This document shows, piece after piece, positions 38,481 through 47,905 of a DNA stretch of 64,000 bases. The notes beneath the pieces were generated by a model that was given only the letters and a program-made list of their open reading frames with translations, did no database searches and was not told the origin of the DNA. The position numbers were made by a program, and so were the translations under genes. The stretch is from Candidatus Omnitrophota bacterium (GTDB lineage Bacteria > Omnitrophota > Gorgyraeia > Gygaellales > Profunditerraquicolaceae): positions 2,113-66,112 of the forward strand of contig JAQUOV010000002.1 of NCBI GenBank assembly GCA_028716965.1, written 5' to 3'. Each line of letters opens with the position of its first letter. Within the stretch, counting starts at the first letter, position 1.

Positions 38481-40102
38481 TTAAGCAGGAATCTTCCTAT
38501 CGCCAGATAATCCAACTGAGCTTCATAAAAAGTGGCGATCGCGTCTTCCGGAGAACAAACGATAGGTTCATTATGCATGTTAAAGCTGGTATTAAGAAGA
38601 CTTGGGATTCCGGTTATTTTATGGTATTCTTTTAAAATCTTATAACAACTAGGATTATCCTCTTCCCTTACAAGTTGGGGCCTGGCTGTGCCATCGATAT
38701 GGATGACTCCCGGTGAAATATTTTTCATCTCATCAGTACATTCTAAGGATACAGTCATAAATTTCGCTGTCACCTCTACTGCGCGGACATTTTTATAACA
38801 TCGATTCCTGAATTCAAAAAGCGTAACCGGAGCAAAGGGCATAAATTCAGCCCTTTCCAGTTTCATGTTTAACCAGTTATTCACCGTAGGATCGTCCGTA
38901 CGGTAAAGGATGCTTCTGTTGCCCAGGGACCTGGGACCAAATTCCATCCTGCCGTTAAACCTTGCCACCACCTTACCCTGAGCAAGTAAACTTGCTATCT
39001 TTTTCTCGATCCCCTCTTCTTCGGAATAAACAAGTCTTTTCGCATTAAGCAGCCCTCTGATATATTCATCAGAATATTCCGGACCAAGATAGACATTCTC
39101 TAATTTGTTTGCGACAAATGATAACCCCCCATCTCCCATATGGGGGAAAACAAATATCCGCTCAAACAACCCGGATTCGTTAAGCAACTGGGTTACTTTT
39201 ATGTTTGCAAAAAACCCTCCGGATAGAAAAAGATCGGGTTTATTGCTTTCTGACACAAAATTCCTAATGAATTTAATAACAGTCTCCTCGGTTGTAACCT
39301 GTAAAGCATACGCAACATCCTCCCTGGAATAACCTGTAATCTTTTTTAAAAAATGTTTTTTTCTATAAACATTATTTACCTTCAGATTCCCGGAATTAAC
39401 CCCGAGGACCGCAGCAAATATTTCACAAAGCCTGCTTTTCTTCCCGTAATCCGCTAAAGCCATAACTTTGCCTTCTTCGCCCTCTTTAAAGCCTAGAATC
39501 GCGCATATGCTGCCATAGAAATGAGCAAGGCTGTTTTTATGAGAGTACTGCCTTTCTTGTGTTATTTTGCCCTGTCTGGACTCAACTACCAATCCTGATT
39601 TTCCATCGCCATAGGCGTCTAATGATACGGCAAGAAAATAATCAGAGGACAGGCCGCTTCTGGCTGTCAGGATATGCTGCCGATGATGATCGCTAAACTC
39701 AATTAAACGGTAAGGTATGCGCATGGCTTTAAGCCTTCTCTTAATTACCCATGCGCTAAGCAGGCAATCAATATCCCTAACCCAGGGAGTATGGGCAATC
39801 AGGCTCTCTAGCCCACAGGCCATTCTTGAATAAATCGAAAGGATGTCTTTGCTGGCAGAGGTCCTGGAATACAGCCTATTGAAAATCCTAAAAATTGCCC
39901 TTCCGGATCTTCCCGCCACATACACTTTGTCTATCCGTCTGTCCTGGATAAAGCTTTGTGCATATCTGAGCGCCTCAAAAGGAAAACCTTGCTGCATTTT
40001 ATTACGCGTGAATCTTTCCTCTGAAACAGCAAGCAAAACTTTTTCGTCTTCTACCAATGTAACAGAAGCATCATGACTGTCAGTTATCCCTAACGTCAAC
40101 AT
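38462..40102 (-). CDS. NodU/CmcH-family carbamoyltransferase (paralog of 32955-34616)
   Basis: DHHRQH (H-H-x-x-H retained). The C-terminal NGRMEFGPRSLGNRSILYRTDDPTVNNWLNMKLERAEFMPFAPV is near-identical to the other copy. Confidence 0.75.
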   Translation of the reverse strand: MLTLGITDSHDASVTLVEDEKVLLAVSEERFTRNKMQQGFPFEALRYAQSFIQDRRIDKVYVAGRSGRAIFRIFNRLYSRTSASKDILSIYSRMACGLESLIAHTPWVRDIDCLLSAWVIKRRLKAMRIPYRLIEFSDHHRQHILTARSGLSSDYFLAVSLDAYGDGKSGLVVESRQGKITQERQYSHKNSLAHFYGSICAILGFKEGEEGKVMALADYGKKSRLCEIFAAVLGVNSGNLKVNNVYRKKHFLKKITGYSREDVAYALQVTTEETVIKFIRNFVSESNKPDLFLSGGFFANIKVTQLLNESGLFERIFVFPHMGDGGLSFVANKLENVYLGPEYSDEYIRGLLNAKRLVYSEEEGIEKKIASLLAQGKVVARFNGRMEFGPRSLGNRSILYRTDDPTVNNWLNMKLERAEFMPFAPVTLFEFRNRCYKNVRAVEVTAKFMTVSLECTDEMKNISPGVIHIDGTARPQLVREEDNPSCYKILKEYHKITGIPSLLNTSFNMHNEPIVCSPEDAIATFYEAQLDYLAIGRFLLKWNKVR

Positions 40103-40111
40103 TTTGCGTCC

Positions 40112-42328
40112 TTACAAATAGCTCTCCGGCTCATTATAAAAGAATGTCGTCTTAAATTCTCCACGGGATCCGCGTTTTATTAACCAGCTGTCCACCTTAA
40201 AAGGCACTCCATTCTCCTGGTTAATAAACCAGTTCTTTATGATGATTTTCATATCTTGGGGGATTTTAAATATCAAAGACTTGCCTTCTGCATACAAAGG
40301 GAATGTTTGCATCCCTGTTTTATAACCCTCTTGTCTTAAGGCGGGGTCCAGGCTAAAATTCATTGAATTGACCACGTCGCATCCTAAATCGTCTTTTCCT
40401 AAGCTGATGAAAGCATTCAAATCAATAGTCAATTCTTTAAAATTACCGATGGCCTTGTTTTTGAGTATGATACAAATTGGCAGAACATTCTCCTGCCATT
40501 TTGTATCAAATTGCGCGTAAAAAACATCAGCTAACTGCTCTTTACTGCTTAAATCAAGAGAAACCATATCTACGCTTCCAATGCGGGTAACGGCTGCATC
40601 CATACTCTTAGCTAATTTATCAAAATTAATTTTTACGTATACATAATCTTCGGGTTTCCCCGTAGAAGGAATAATGATTTTGCTTTCCTTATTAAAGAAA
40701 TCCCTTTCCCACTGGCTGTAAAATTTATTAAGCCTCTGCACATTGGGCAGAACCGATGGGGAAAACAGGTTGGCCGCTACAATGCCCTCTTCAACTCTCT
40801 TGCGCTTTATGTCAAGTTTCTGGAACAACCGCGCATAGTCCGGAAAAAACCCTGCATGCAATAAAAAATTTTTAGCAAGTTCGTAATATTCGTCCGTTTC
40901 TTTTTGATACAGGTATTTCCTTTGATAAAACCCATTATCCCTATTGAAGTGAACGGCTGAAATACAAAACAGGAAAATAACTGGTAGTGCCAAAGCAATA
41001 ATCAATACGAAGATATTCTTCCTATAAGCGAACAGATTGGATATAGTTTTTAACCCAAAGGCAAGGAATATATATACCGGCAAAAACCCCGAAATCATGA
41101 TCCTGTATTTATCCCCCTCAAGCCAGTTTCTCTGATACGCTAAGAGAAGAACTACCAGCAAAAATATTGCCGATAAAGAAACAAATAATCTCTTGTTTTC
41201 CTTATAGGCACAATACGCCCCGAAACAAATAATACCCGAAATGAGCAATCCGAAATAATTGACAATATTGACCAGATAAAATATTAAATTCGGGAAAGGC
41301 AAAAAAGGTGTTCTTGCCCATTCAGCAAAAGCAATATACAACAATCGCGAAGAAGAAGTATTTTCTCCGAGGCTATTCAATCCGTTAATGAAAAGATGAG
41401 GGACATTAAAAAGAAATGTGATAAAAAAAGCGAAGCTAAATAAGGCTGTTCTTTTTAGATCATTATCTTTACCCCATAAGATAAAAACGGGAACAATAAA
41501 CAGCAGCGGCAGGAATCTCAAACCTGTTCCTGCCAATATGCCAAAGATAATCCCTTGCAGGAACCTCTTTTCTTTATGCTCTAATAAAACGTAAAAAAGA
41601 ATAACCGAAATTGATAATGCCATAAAATTCCTATCCAAAACCTCAACTGACAACACATAAGGATTTAAAACAGAGAAGGCCGAAACAGCTAAAGACACTA
41701 ACCTGTTTTTTACAAGCCTTCTGCAAATAAGATATGAAAAAATCAAAAGCAAAGCATTAAAAACTAAATAAATAATTCTAAAACAGCCGATTTTTAGGAT
41801 AGGCAGGAAAGTTGAAGTAAACAAGATATTGCCGGGGGTGCAGATAATCTGATATACTTTAACAAGCGGGTCAAGCCTGCTGGAGCCGGGATTCAACAGG
41901 CTTATTGTCCGGAAGCTCTGCATATAAAAGCACGATGCTTCTCCTTTAGTCAGGTATGAAGATAAAGACAACAGCAACTCGATATTCGAGTAATAAAAAA
42001 ACAAAAATACCAAAATAGCTATAAAGAATACTAAAGCTAACAATTCATCCTTTAGCATTGGGGGAAAAAGTATTTTTTTAAGGTTATTTATGTTAAATTT
42101 TCTTGCCGAAACTAAAAGAATTAAGAATAATAAGCATGAGGCGGAACTTATAACCACGGCAGGATTAATATAAATCCCCATTAAAAGCGCAAGATTTATA
42201 TTGATGAAAGGTACAGCAGTAATGGCAAAGAATAATGTTAAACCAAGTCTTTCCAGAAAAGTTGAGTTTTGAAATAAATAAACCGAAATAAGAAAACCGG
42301 CAAGTACGGCTAATATTATAATTGGCAT
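40112..42328 (-). CDS. Large polytopic membrane protein with a C-terminal soluble domain (GT-C-like or oligosaccharyltransferase-like topology)
   Basis: 738 aa. The first 480 aa or so are very hydrophobic (more than 12 helices) and are followed by a soluble domain of about 250 aa. Confidence 0.35.
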   Translation of the reverse strand: MPIIILAVLAGFLISVYLFQNSTFLERLGLTLFFAITAVPFININLALLMGIYINPAVVISSASCLLFLILLVSARKFNINNLKKILFPPMLKDELLALVFFIAILVFLFFYYSNIELLLSLSSYLTKGEASCFYMQSFRTISLLNPGSSRLDPLVKVYQIICTPGNILFTSTFLPILKIGCFRIIYLVFNALLLIFSYLICRRLVKNRLVSLAVSAFSVLNPYVLSVEVLDRNFMALSISVILFYVLLEHKEKRFLQGIIFGILAGTGLRFLPLLFIVPVFILWGKDNDLKRTALFSFAFFITFLFNVPHLFINGLNSLGENTSSSRLLYIAFAEWARTPFLPFPNLIFYLVNIVNYFGLLISGIICFGAYCAYKENKRLFVSLSAIFLLVVLLLAYQRNWLEGDKYRIMISGFLPVYIFLAFGLKTISNLFAYRKNIFVLIIALALPVIFLFCISAVHFNRDNGFYQRKYLYQKETDEYYELAKNFLLHAGFFPDYARLFQKLDIKRKRVEEGIVAANLFSPSVLPNVQRLNKFYSQWERDFFNKESKIIIPSTGKPEDYVYVKINFDKLAKSMDAAVTRIGSVDMVSLDLSSKEQLADVFYAQFDTKWQENVLPICIILKNKAIGNFKELTIDLNAFISLGKDDLGCDVVNSMNFSLDPALRQEGYKTGMQTFPLYAEGKSLIFKIPQDMKIIIKNWFINQENGVPFKVDSWLIKRGSRGEFKTTFFYNEPESYL

Positions 42329-42509
42329 CTGATTTCGGTTTTCTTAAGTTAATCGCATAAAAACTTTTAAAATAAGATTGAATTCTAAAAAATTAGTTAT
42401 ATTCCCGCACCTCAGAAGCATTAAATATCAGGCAGATAACCCGATATCTGGATATTCTAAGCAACAAGATAAAAACTTAAGGCGGTAATGAGAGACCTTA
42501 CATCCAGCA

Positions 42510-43262
42510 TCAAGATCCTGAACTTACTTTTAAGAGAGTAAATAGCCCCAATACTAAAATCAAGATCCCCACATATTTCTTTAACTTATCCAAATGAATA
42601 TTCTTTACAGTTACGGCTGCCAGGGGGACTGCGGGAATCGCGCTAATAAGCAATAAAGTTGTTAATTTCCAATCAATTGCCTTTCCCATAATGAGATAAG
42701 TTATAAACCCGACAAGACAAGTAACTGCTTCCGCAAAAGCTGTTATACCTACTGCATTCTTGGCAGTAACACCGGAAAGAATCTGCCCGCCCATAACTAA
42801 AGGTCCATATCCGCCGCCTACCATCCCCTTGTTAAAAGCCGCCAAGAAACTAACCCCCATTATCTTGCGCCATGAAAAAGAAATCTTTCTTTTACTATTA
42901 ACGAGGATTAAAAAGCCCATAACAGTTACCAGCAGTCCTACGTACATAGTCAATAACCATTTTGGGATTTTAATCGCTACGACAACAGAAACAAATACGC
43001 CTATGGAGCTTATTAATCCAAGGATGAGGGCTATTTTAAAGTCTTTGGCATTGATCTTTAAGTCTACGTTGCAGCAATTATGATGGAATATACACGCAGC
43101 GATATCTGTCACCAACTGGGAAACAAGGATAGCCGGCACAACTTTTAATGGGTGATATCCAAAAATAATCAGGATTGGAGCCAAAGCAGTCCCATACCCC
43201 ATACCAAGTCCGGAATCAAAATACTCGCTGATAAAAGCAATTACCCCAATTAAAAATAACAT
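42510..43262 (-). CDS. TauE/SafE (TSUP) family membrane transporter
   Basis: 250 aa with two internally repeated four-helix halves and Gly-rich helices (AFNKGMVGGGYGP), typical of DUF81/TauE. Confidence 0.55.
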   Translation of the reverse strand: MLFLIGVIAFISEYFDSGLGMGYGTALAPILIIFGYHPLKVVPAILVSQLVTDIAACIFHHNCCNVDLKINAKDFKIALILGLISSIGVFVSVVVAIKIPKWLLTMYVGLLVTVMGFLILVNSKRKISFSWRKIMGVSFLAAFNKGMVGGGYGPLVMGGQILSGVTAKNAVGITAFAEAVTCLVGFITYLIMGKAIDWKLTTLLLISAIPAVPLAAVTVKNIHLDKLKKYVGILILVLGLFTLLKVSSGS

Positions 43263-43277
43263 GGCTTGATTATTTTA

Positions 43278-44687
43278 TTAGAATTCTTTTATCTTAAGCA
43301 GCCCCTTGAACAACTTTATATAATAGTTTTCGTCTTGGCCCATTGATTTCAGCCAGGAAAATAGTTTTTGTTCAAGCTCATACGCTGTCCTCTTGTCTTT
43401 TTCAATCAAATTATTTAATTCACCGGGATCTTTATTTAAATCATACAATTCCCTGGATTCCGTATCCATAGAATAAATAAACTTTAGGCCTTCAGGGGTC
43501 CTGATAGATCTCTTGTGAGCATAAAAACGGTAATCTGTTTCGCTATATGCCGTTAAATTCATGTGCTTGCCCTGCATCAAAGAAAGAAGGCTAACCCCCT
43601 GTATCTGTTTTCTTAATTGCTCGGGTATTTTTACACCTAATAAATCCAGCAGCGTCGGCATAACATCTATAGCCCTTACTTGATCACTTATCTTAACCCC
43701 GGCCTTAAGATTGGGCAACCATATTATGAGCGGGACATGGATAAGCTCTTCATACAAACTAAACCCATGGTCGAATCTCTTATGCTCGTAAAATTCTGTC
43801 CCATGGTCGGAAAAAAGGATGAAAATTGTTTTATCTAAAACCCCCATCTTCTTTAGCTCTTTGATAAAAGACCTAAAGCGCTCATCGACATCTTTGATTT
43901 TTTCATCATAAAAGGCTCTCCAGAAACGCACATCTTCATTAGTTAAATAAACTGACCCTTTTCCCAGTCCTTCTTCCCTGATAGCAGCCTGTTCTTCCTT
44001 AGTTCCTTTAAAACGGCCTGTATAAGGTGGATCCACGAACTCCCTCGTAAATCCACCGGGCGGGTCAAACTGGCCGTGCACATCATAACCATGCAAAAAT
44101 ACAAAAAACTTTCTTGCATGATTTTTCTTTAACCACTCCAATGCCGCCGGGGCGCTTCTATCCATACCCCCAAACTTAGGGCCTTCAAAATACTCGTCAA
44201 AACCTTCTGCAAATCCAAAACAAGCCCCTACACCAGCATCACCCGTAAACCCTCCGGTTGCATAACCGTTTTCCTTTAAGACTTCTGCTAAGGTAAGCAC
44301 GCCGGGAGAAAGCTTTTTAAGATTAGAAAGTGTTTTCTCTTTTTCAGTATAGGTTGAGTATTTATTGATAAGTTTATGCTGAGAAGGGTATAAAGAAGTG
44401 AAATAGCTCATCGTGGATGGGACTGTCCAGCTTGATTGGGATACCGCATTCTTGAACAAAAAACCCTCCTTCGCAAACTTATCTATGGTAGGCGTAATTT
44501 TTCTGGGATACCCTAAACAACCAAGATGAGCTGCCTGCAACGCATCAAAGGAGACAAGTATAACGTTATATCCTGCAAAAATACCCGGTTTGATCATGTT
44601 TCTTGACTTAATGGACCAGAAAGCCCTGGCAACAAAGAACAAGATAGGAATAAGAACAAAAATCAAGCATATTTTTAGACTACGCAT
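43278..44687 (-). CDS. Sulfatase/alkaline-phosphatase-superfamily enzyme with Thr at the nucleophile position (phosphotransferase or LtaS/EptA-like), with an N-terminal TM anchor
   Basis: N-terminal TM helix, then SQSSWTVPST where sulfatases have C-x-P-x-R (Cys to Thr, Arg to Thr), and downstream SDHGTEF...HGF. This is the pattern of the non-formylglycine members of the family. Confidence 0.6.
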   Translation of the reverse strand: MRSLKICLIFVLIPILFFVARAFWSIKSRNMIKPGIFAGYNVILVSFDALQAAHLGCLGYPRKITPTIDKFAKEGFLFKNAVSQSSWTVPSTMSYFTSLYPSQHKLINKYSTYTEKEKTLSNLKKLSPGVLTLAEVLKENGYATGGFTGDAGVGACFGFAEGFDEYFEGPKFGGMDRSAPAALEWLKKNHARKFFVFLHGYDVHGQFDPPGGFTREFVDPPYTGRFKGTKEEQAAIREEGLGKGSVYLTNEDVRFWRAFYDEKIKDVDERFRSFIKELKKMGVLDKTIFILFSDHGTEFYEHKRFDHGFSLYEELIHVPLIIWLPNLKAGVKISDQVRAIDVMPTLLDLLGVKIPEQLRKQIQGVSLLSLMQGKHMNLTAYSETDYRFYAHKRSIRTPEGLKFIYSMDTESRELYDLNKDPGELNNLIEKDKRTAYELEQKLFSWLKSMGQDENYYIKLFKGLLKIKEF

Positions 44688-45450
44688 TATTACCCCTCTT
44701 TCTGGCTTTTACAATAATCATTCTCATTGAATCAAAGATATCATTGTTTTCAAATTTAAGGCGGTGTATTTTCTTGAAATCACAGGATGCATCCCTATAT
44801 AGCTGATTAATTTGCTTTTTTGCGTTCTTGCTGATGGAGGCGTTACCAACCCACCGGTTAACTGACTCTTTTGAAATATGTTCAGAAAAATCTATATCCA
44901 TAAAGGCATTATCCTTTAACAAGGACGGGACATCATCCGGCAGGAAGAAGTTTTTCCTGGCAGGATTACGAAGCCTCTGGATAAGAAAAGACTCATCTTT
45001 GTCCTGGTCGCTATAAGCTGTCAGATGACACAATACAATTCTTCCCCCTGGCTTTAAAACCCTGTGAATTTCACTTAAAACATCCTTTAGCTCCATAAAC
45101 TGCAATCCCTGCCGGCATACGCAAACATCAAATATATTATTTTTTAAAGGCAGGTTCTCTGCCGCAGCCAAAATAATATAATCCACAAAATGTTTTGCCT
45201 GCCGGGCCATTTCCCTACAGATATCCACCCCCACTACATACTTAACCTTTCCCTGGAATGTCTGCGCGATCTTTCCGGTGCCTGTGGCAATATCAAGCAC
45301 ATTGTCCTCGGATCCCGCTTCAGCCAAATCACGCATCTTTCCTATGAGAACGGCATCGTTAACCCAGCGAGAAGAAGAATTGTATTTTCCCGCCCTTTTT
45401 ATAAAATGTTTAACGGCGTTTTCTGGCGCCAAAGCTTTATGATGGCCCAC
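44680..45450 (-). CDS. Class I SAM-dependent methyltransferase
   Basis: Motif I VLDIATGTGKIA and a post-I acidic residue (VVGVDI). Confidence 0.65.
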   Translation of the reverse strand: MGHHKALAPENAVKHFIKRAGKYNSSSRWVNDAVLIGKMRDLAEAGSEDNVLDIATGTGKIAQTFQGKVKYVVGVDICREMARQAKHFVDYIILAAAENLPLKNNIFDVCVCRQGLQFMELKDVLSEIHRVLKPGGRIVLCHLTAYSDQDKDESFLIQRLRNPARKNFFLPDDVPSLLKDNAFMDIDFSEHISKESVNRWVGNASISKNAKKQINQLYRDASCDFKKIHRLKFENNDIFDSMRMIIVKARKRGNNA

Positions 45451-46852
45451 TACAAGACTCTCTTTCTCTGGTAATATTCCAAATTTGACGAAAATAACTC
45501 CTTAAAATACTTTCTTCTATGCCGGTGAGGTTGATAATCGGATCATCATAGTCACTTACTTTTCTGCGAGAAAGCATCCTTAAAAACACGAGGGTATCTT
45601 TTATCGCCCCGGTCTCTACTGCGTATTGGTATAAACTCGTTCCGGGAAAGGGTACTAAGTACTTGACCAAAGGCAGAAAATTATTTTGTTTTATAAAAGC
45701 CAACATATCCCTTAACGAATCCTCTGTCTCGCCGTATAGCCCCACAATAAATAACCCCCGGATATTTAACCCGGCATTTTCAGCCATTTTAATTGCACTG
45801 TCAACCTCTTCAATTTTAATGTTCTTCCTGTTGGCATCCAGCACTCTTTTGTCATAAGATTCTATGCCAAACCATATCCCCAGACATCCGGTATCTTTTA
45901 AAACAGAGACTAAATCACTGCTTACCTTTTGAACACGCGCAAAACAATGGTATTGGACATTATACTTTTTTAAAATTTTGCATATATCCATCGCGCGCTT
46001 CTCAAAAACATTGAAAGTAAGATCGTTAAGCCAAGTGTAATTAAAATTTGTTGACTTTTTAAGGCATGAGACTTCTTCTTCAAACCTTTTAAGGCTTTTT
46101 AAGTGTAAATCCGGAATTGTTTTAAAACAAAAGGAACACTCCTGAGGACATCCCCGCATAGAAGAAATCAATATCTGGCCGTTTTTAACAATACTCTCAT
46201 AATTAGGCCAAATGGTATAATCAAGAATAGGTAAATAGTCAAGATTCTTGATTTGAGGTCTTGGGGGGTTAATATGCACTTGACCGTTATTTTTATAAGC
46301 CATTCCTTTTATGCCTTCAAAAGTTTTTTGTTTTTTCTGAAAATACGCATCAAATAATTCGATAAGCGTAAGCTCGCCTTCTCCTAAGATAGCGCAATCC
46401 ACAGAGGTATTTTCTAGAATTACTTTAGGCAATGACGTTACTAACGGCCCTCCCAGAAATATCAATTTTTCGGGAAACTGTCTTTTAATTAAAGCCGTAG
46501 TTGTTTCTAGAAACATAAATGAATCACAATAAGTAGCAATGCCGATAATATCGGACTCCCTGGCGCTATTGAGAATCAATGTATCTATATTAACTTTTAA
46601 TCTGCAATCAACTACTTTCAACCGATACCCCATCTTCTTTATCAATGTCGCCATATATGTGAAACCCTCAAAAGGGCCAGTTACAAGAAATTCTCTGCCA
46701 GGTGTAGGGACTTGAGGGGAAGGCGGCACAATAAGGAGGACAGTTTTATTTTTCCATTCAACATCACTACAAAAAGATATCGTTTTTAATATTTCCTCAT
46801 AAGGATCTATCCCTATAGATTTATAATAAACGCACCGCGGAAGCCTATTCAT
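45437..46852 (-). CDS. B12-binding radical SAM protein
   Basis: CPQECSFC at about residue 235 after a B12-binding-like domain. Confidence 0.7.
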   Translation of the reverse strand: MNRLPRCVYYKSIGIDPYEEILKTISFCSDVEWKNKTVLLIVPPSPQVPTPGREFLVTGPFEGFTYMATLIKKMGYRLKVVDCRLKVNIDTLILNSARESDIIGIATYCDSFMFLETTTALIKRQFPEKLIFLGGPLVTSLPKVILENTSVDCAILGEGELTLIELFDAYFQKKQKTFEGIKGMAYKNNGQVHINPPRPQIKNLDYLPILDYTIWPNYESIVKNGQILISSMRGCPQECSFCFKTIPDLHLKSLKRFEEEVSCLKKSTNFNYTWLNDLTFNVFEKRAMDICKILKKYNVQYHCFARVQKVSSDLVSVLKDTGCLGIWFGIESYDKRVLDANRKNIKIEEVDSAIKMAENAGLNIRGLFIVGLYGETEDSLRDMLAFIKQNNFLPLVKYLVPFPGTSLYQYAVETGAIKDTLVFLRMLSRRKVSDYDDPIINLTGIEESILRSYFRQIWNITRERESCSGPS

Positions 46853-46873
46853 ACTTTTTGTTTTAATTAAAAA

Positions 46874-47761
46874 TTATATAGCGTTAATAATTGCAAAACA
46901 AATCCCGATTATTATTAAAATTGAAGACAAGATTAATCTCCTGGTAACGACTTCTTGCTTTTTAAGAAAAATTCTGCTAAAAAAAACAATGGTCAAAGGA
47001 GTCATCGCGAAGATGGGAACAACCAGGCTTACTTTGCCGTAAAGCAATGCAGAAAGATCAACAATCTCTCCAAGGGTAGTCAAAAGTGCTGCAGCAAAAA
47101 TAAGCCTCATCTCTTTTTTATGTTGAAAAAACAGAATGCTTTCTCTTCTGTATTTTGACACAATATAGATTGTTAATATCACCAGAGAACTGGAAGCAGC
47201 TATGGTCGAAGCAAAGATAGGCTGAGGCATTAAATTTAAGCCGTATTTACGCAAATTCGCCGCAAATCCAGCTAAAAAAGCAGCAAGCAGAGGATAGAAT
47301 AAATGGCGGGGTTTCCAATGAGTAAAATCAGAATCTTCTTTCTTTGATAACAAAACAATCCCGAAAACTATCAGTAAAATACCCAAGAATATCCCCGGCC
47401 TAGGAGATTCTTTTAAAAAAAGAATGGCTATTATCGTGGCAAAAAAAGGGGTCATCGCCCGCAAAGGTGCAGCACGACTTGCCCCCAGTTTATGTATGCC
47501 ATAGTATGTCCAAGTCCTCACCAACGTTGGGGCAAAACTTCCTATAACCACAAAGACTATTATTGCTTTGTAATTTGTAAAGAAACTTTTAGGAACAAAT
47601 AAGAATGTCAACATCCAAAGTAAAGCGGTACTTATAATTACAGAAAGGTATACCGCGATGAAAGGATCAATTTTAAAAAAACCCTTTTTTAAGATAACGT
47701 TTGAACTCGCGGTAATCAGCGTCATCAAAAGTGCAAATGTTATAGCTAAAACTATTCCCAT
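46874..47761 (-). CDS. EamA/DMT-superfamily transporter
   Basis: 295 aa with about 10 TM helices and duplicated EamA-like halves. Confidence 0.55.
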   Translation of the reverse strand: MGIVLAITFALLMTLITASSNVILKKGFFKIDPFIAVYLSVIISTALLWMLTFLFVPKSFFTNYKAIIVFVVIGSFAPTLVRTWTYYGIHKLGASRAAPLRAMTPFFATIIAILFLKESPRPGIFLGILLIVFGIVLLSKKEDSDFTHWKPRHLFYPLLAAFLAGFAANLRKYGLNLMPQPIFASTIAASSSLVILTIYIVSKYRRESILFFQHKKEMRLIFAAALLTTLGEIVDLSALLYGKVSLVVPIFAMTPLTIVFFSRIFLKKQEVVTRRLILSSILIIIGICFAIINAI

Positions 47762-47905
47762 ATTTTTTATGATAAATCAAATAAAACTATAAGCGTCCAA
47801 CAGCTTAGAAACTTTCTTTTCCATAGAAGCAAACCTTTTCAATCATATCAGCGTTACTTTAAAACTAAAGTTTTCAAGGTTTATTGGAATAAGCATCAAA
47901 AAAAA

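Noticed and set aside
43278-44687. Hypothesis that the array encodes multiple anaerobic sulfatase-maturating enzymes serving the neighbouring sulfatase
   Set aside because: The sulfatase-family protein has Thr, not Cys or Ser, and lacks the Arg of the C/S-x-P-x-R formylglycine motif. It is therefore not expected to need an anSME. One such enzyme also could not explain 13 paralogous domains.
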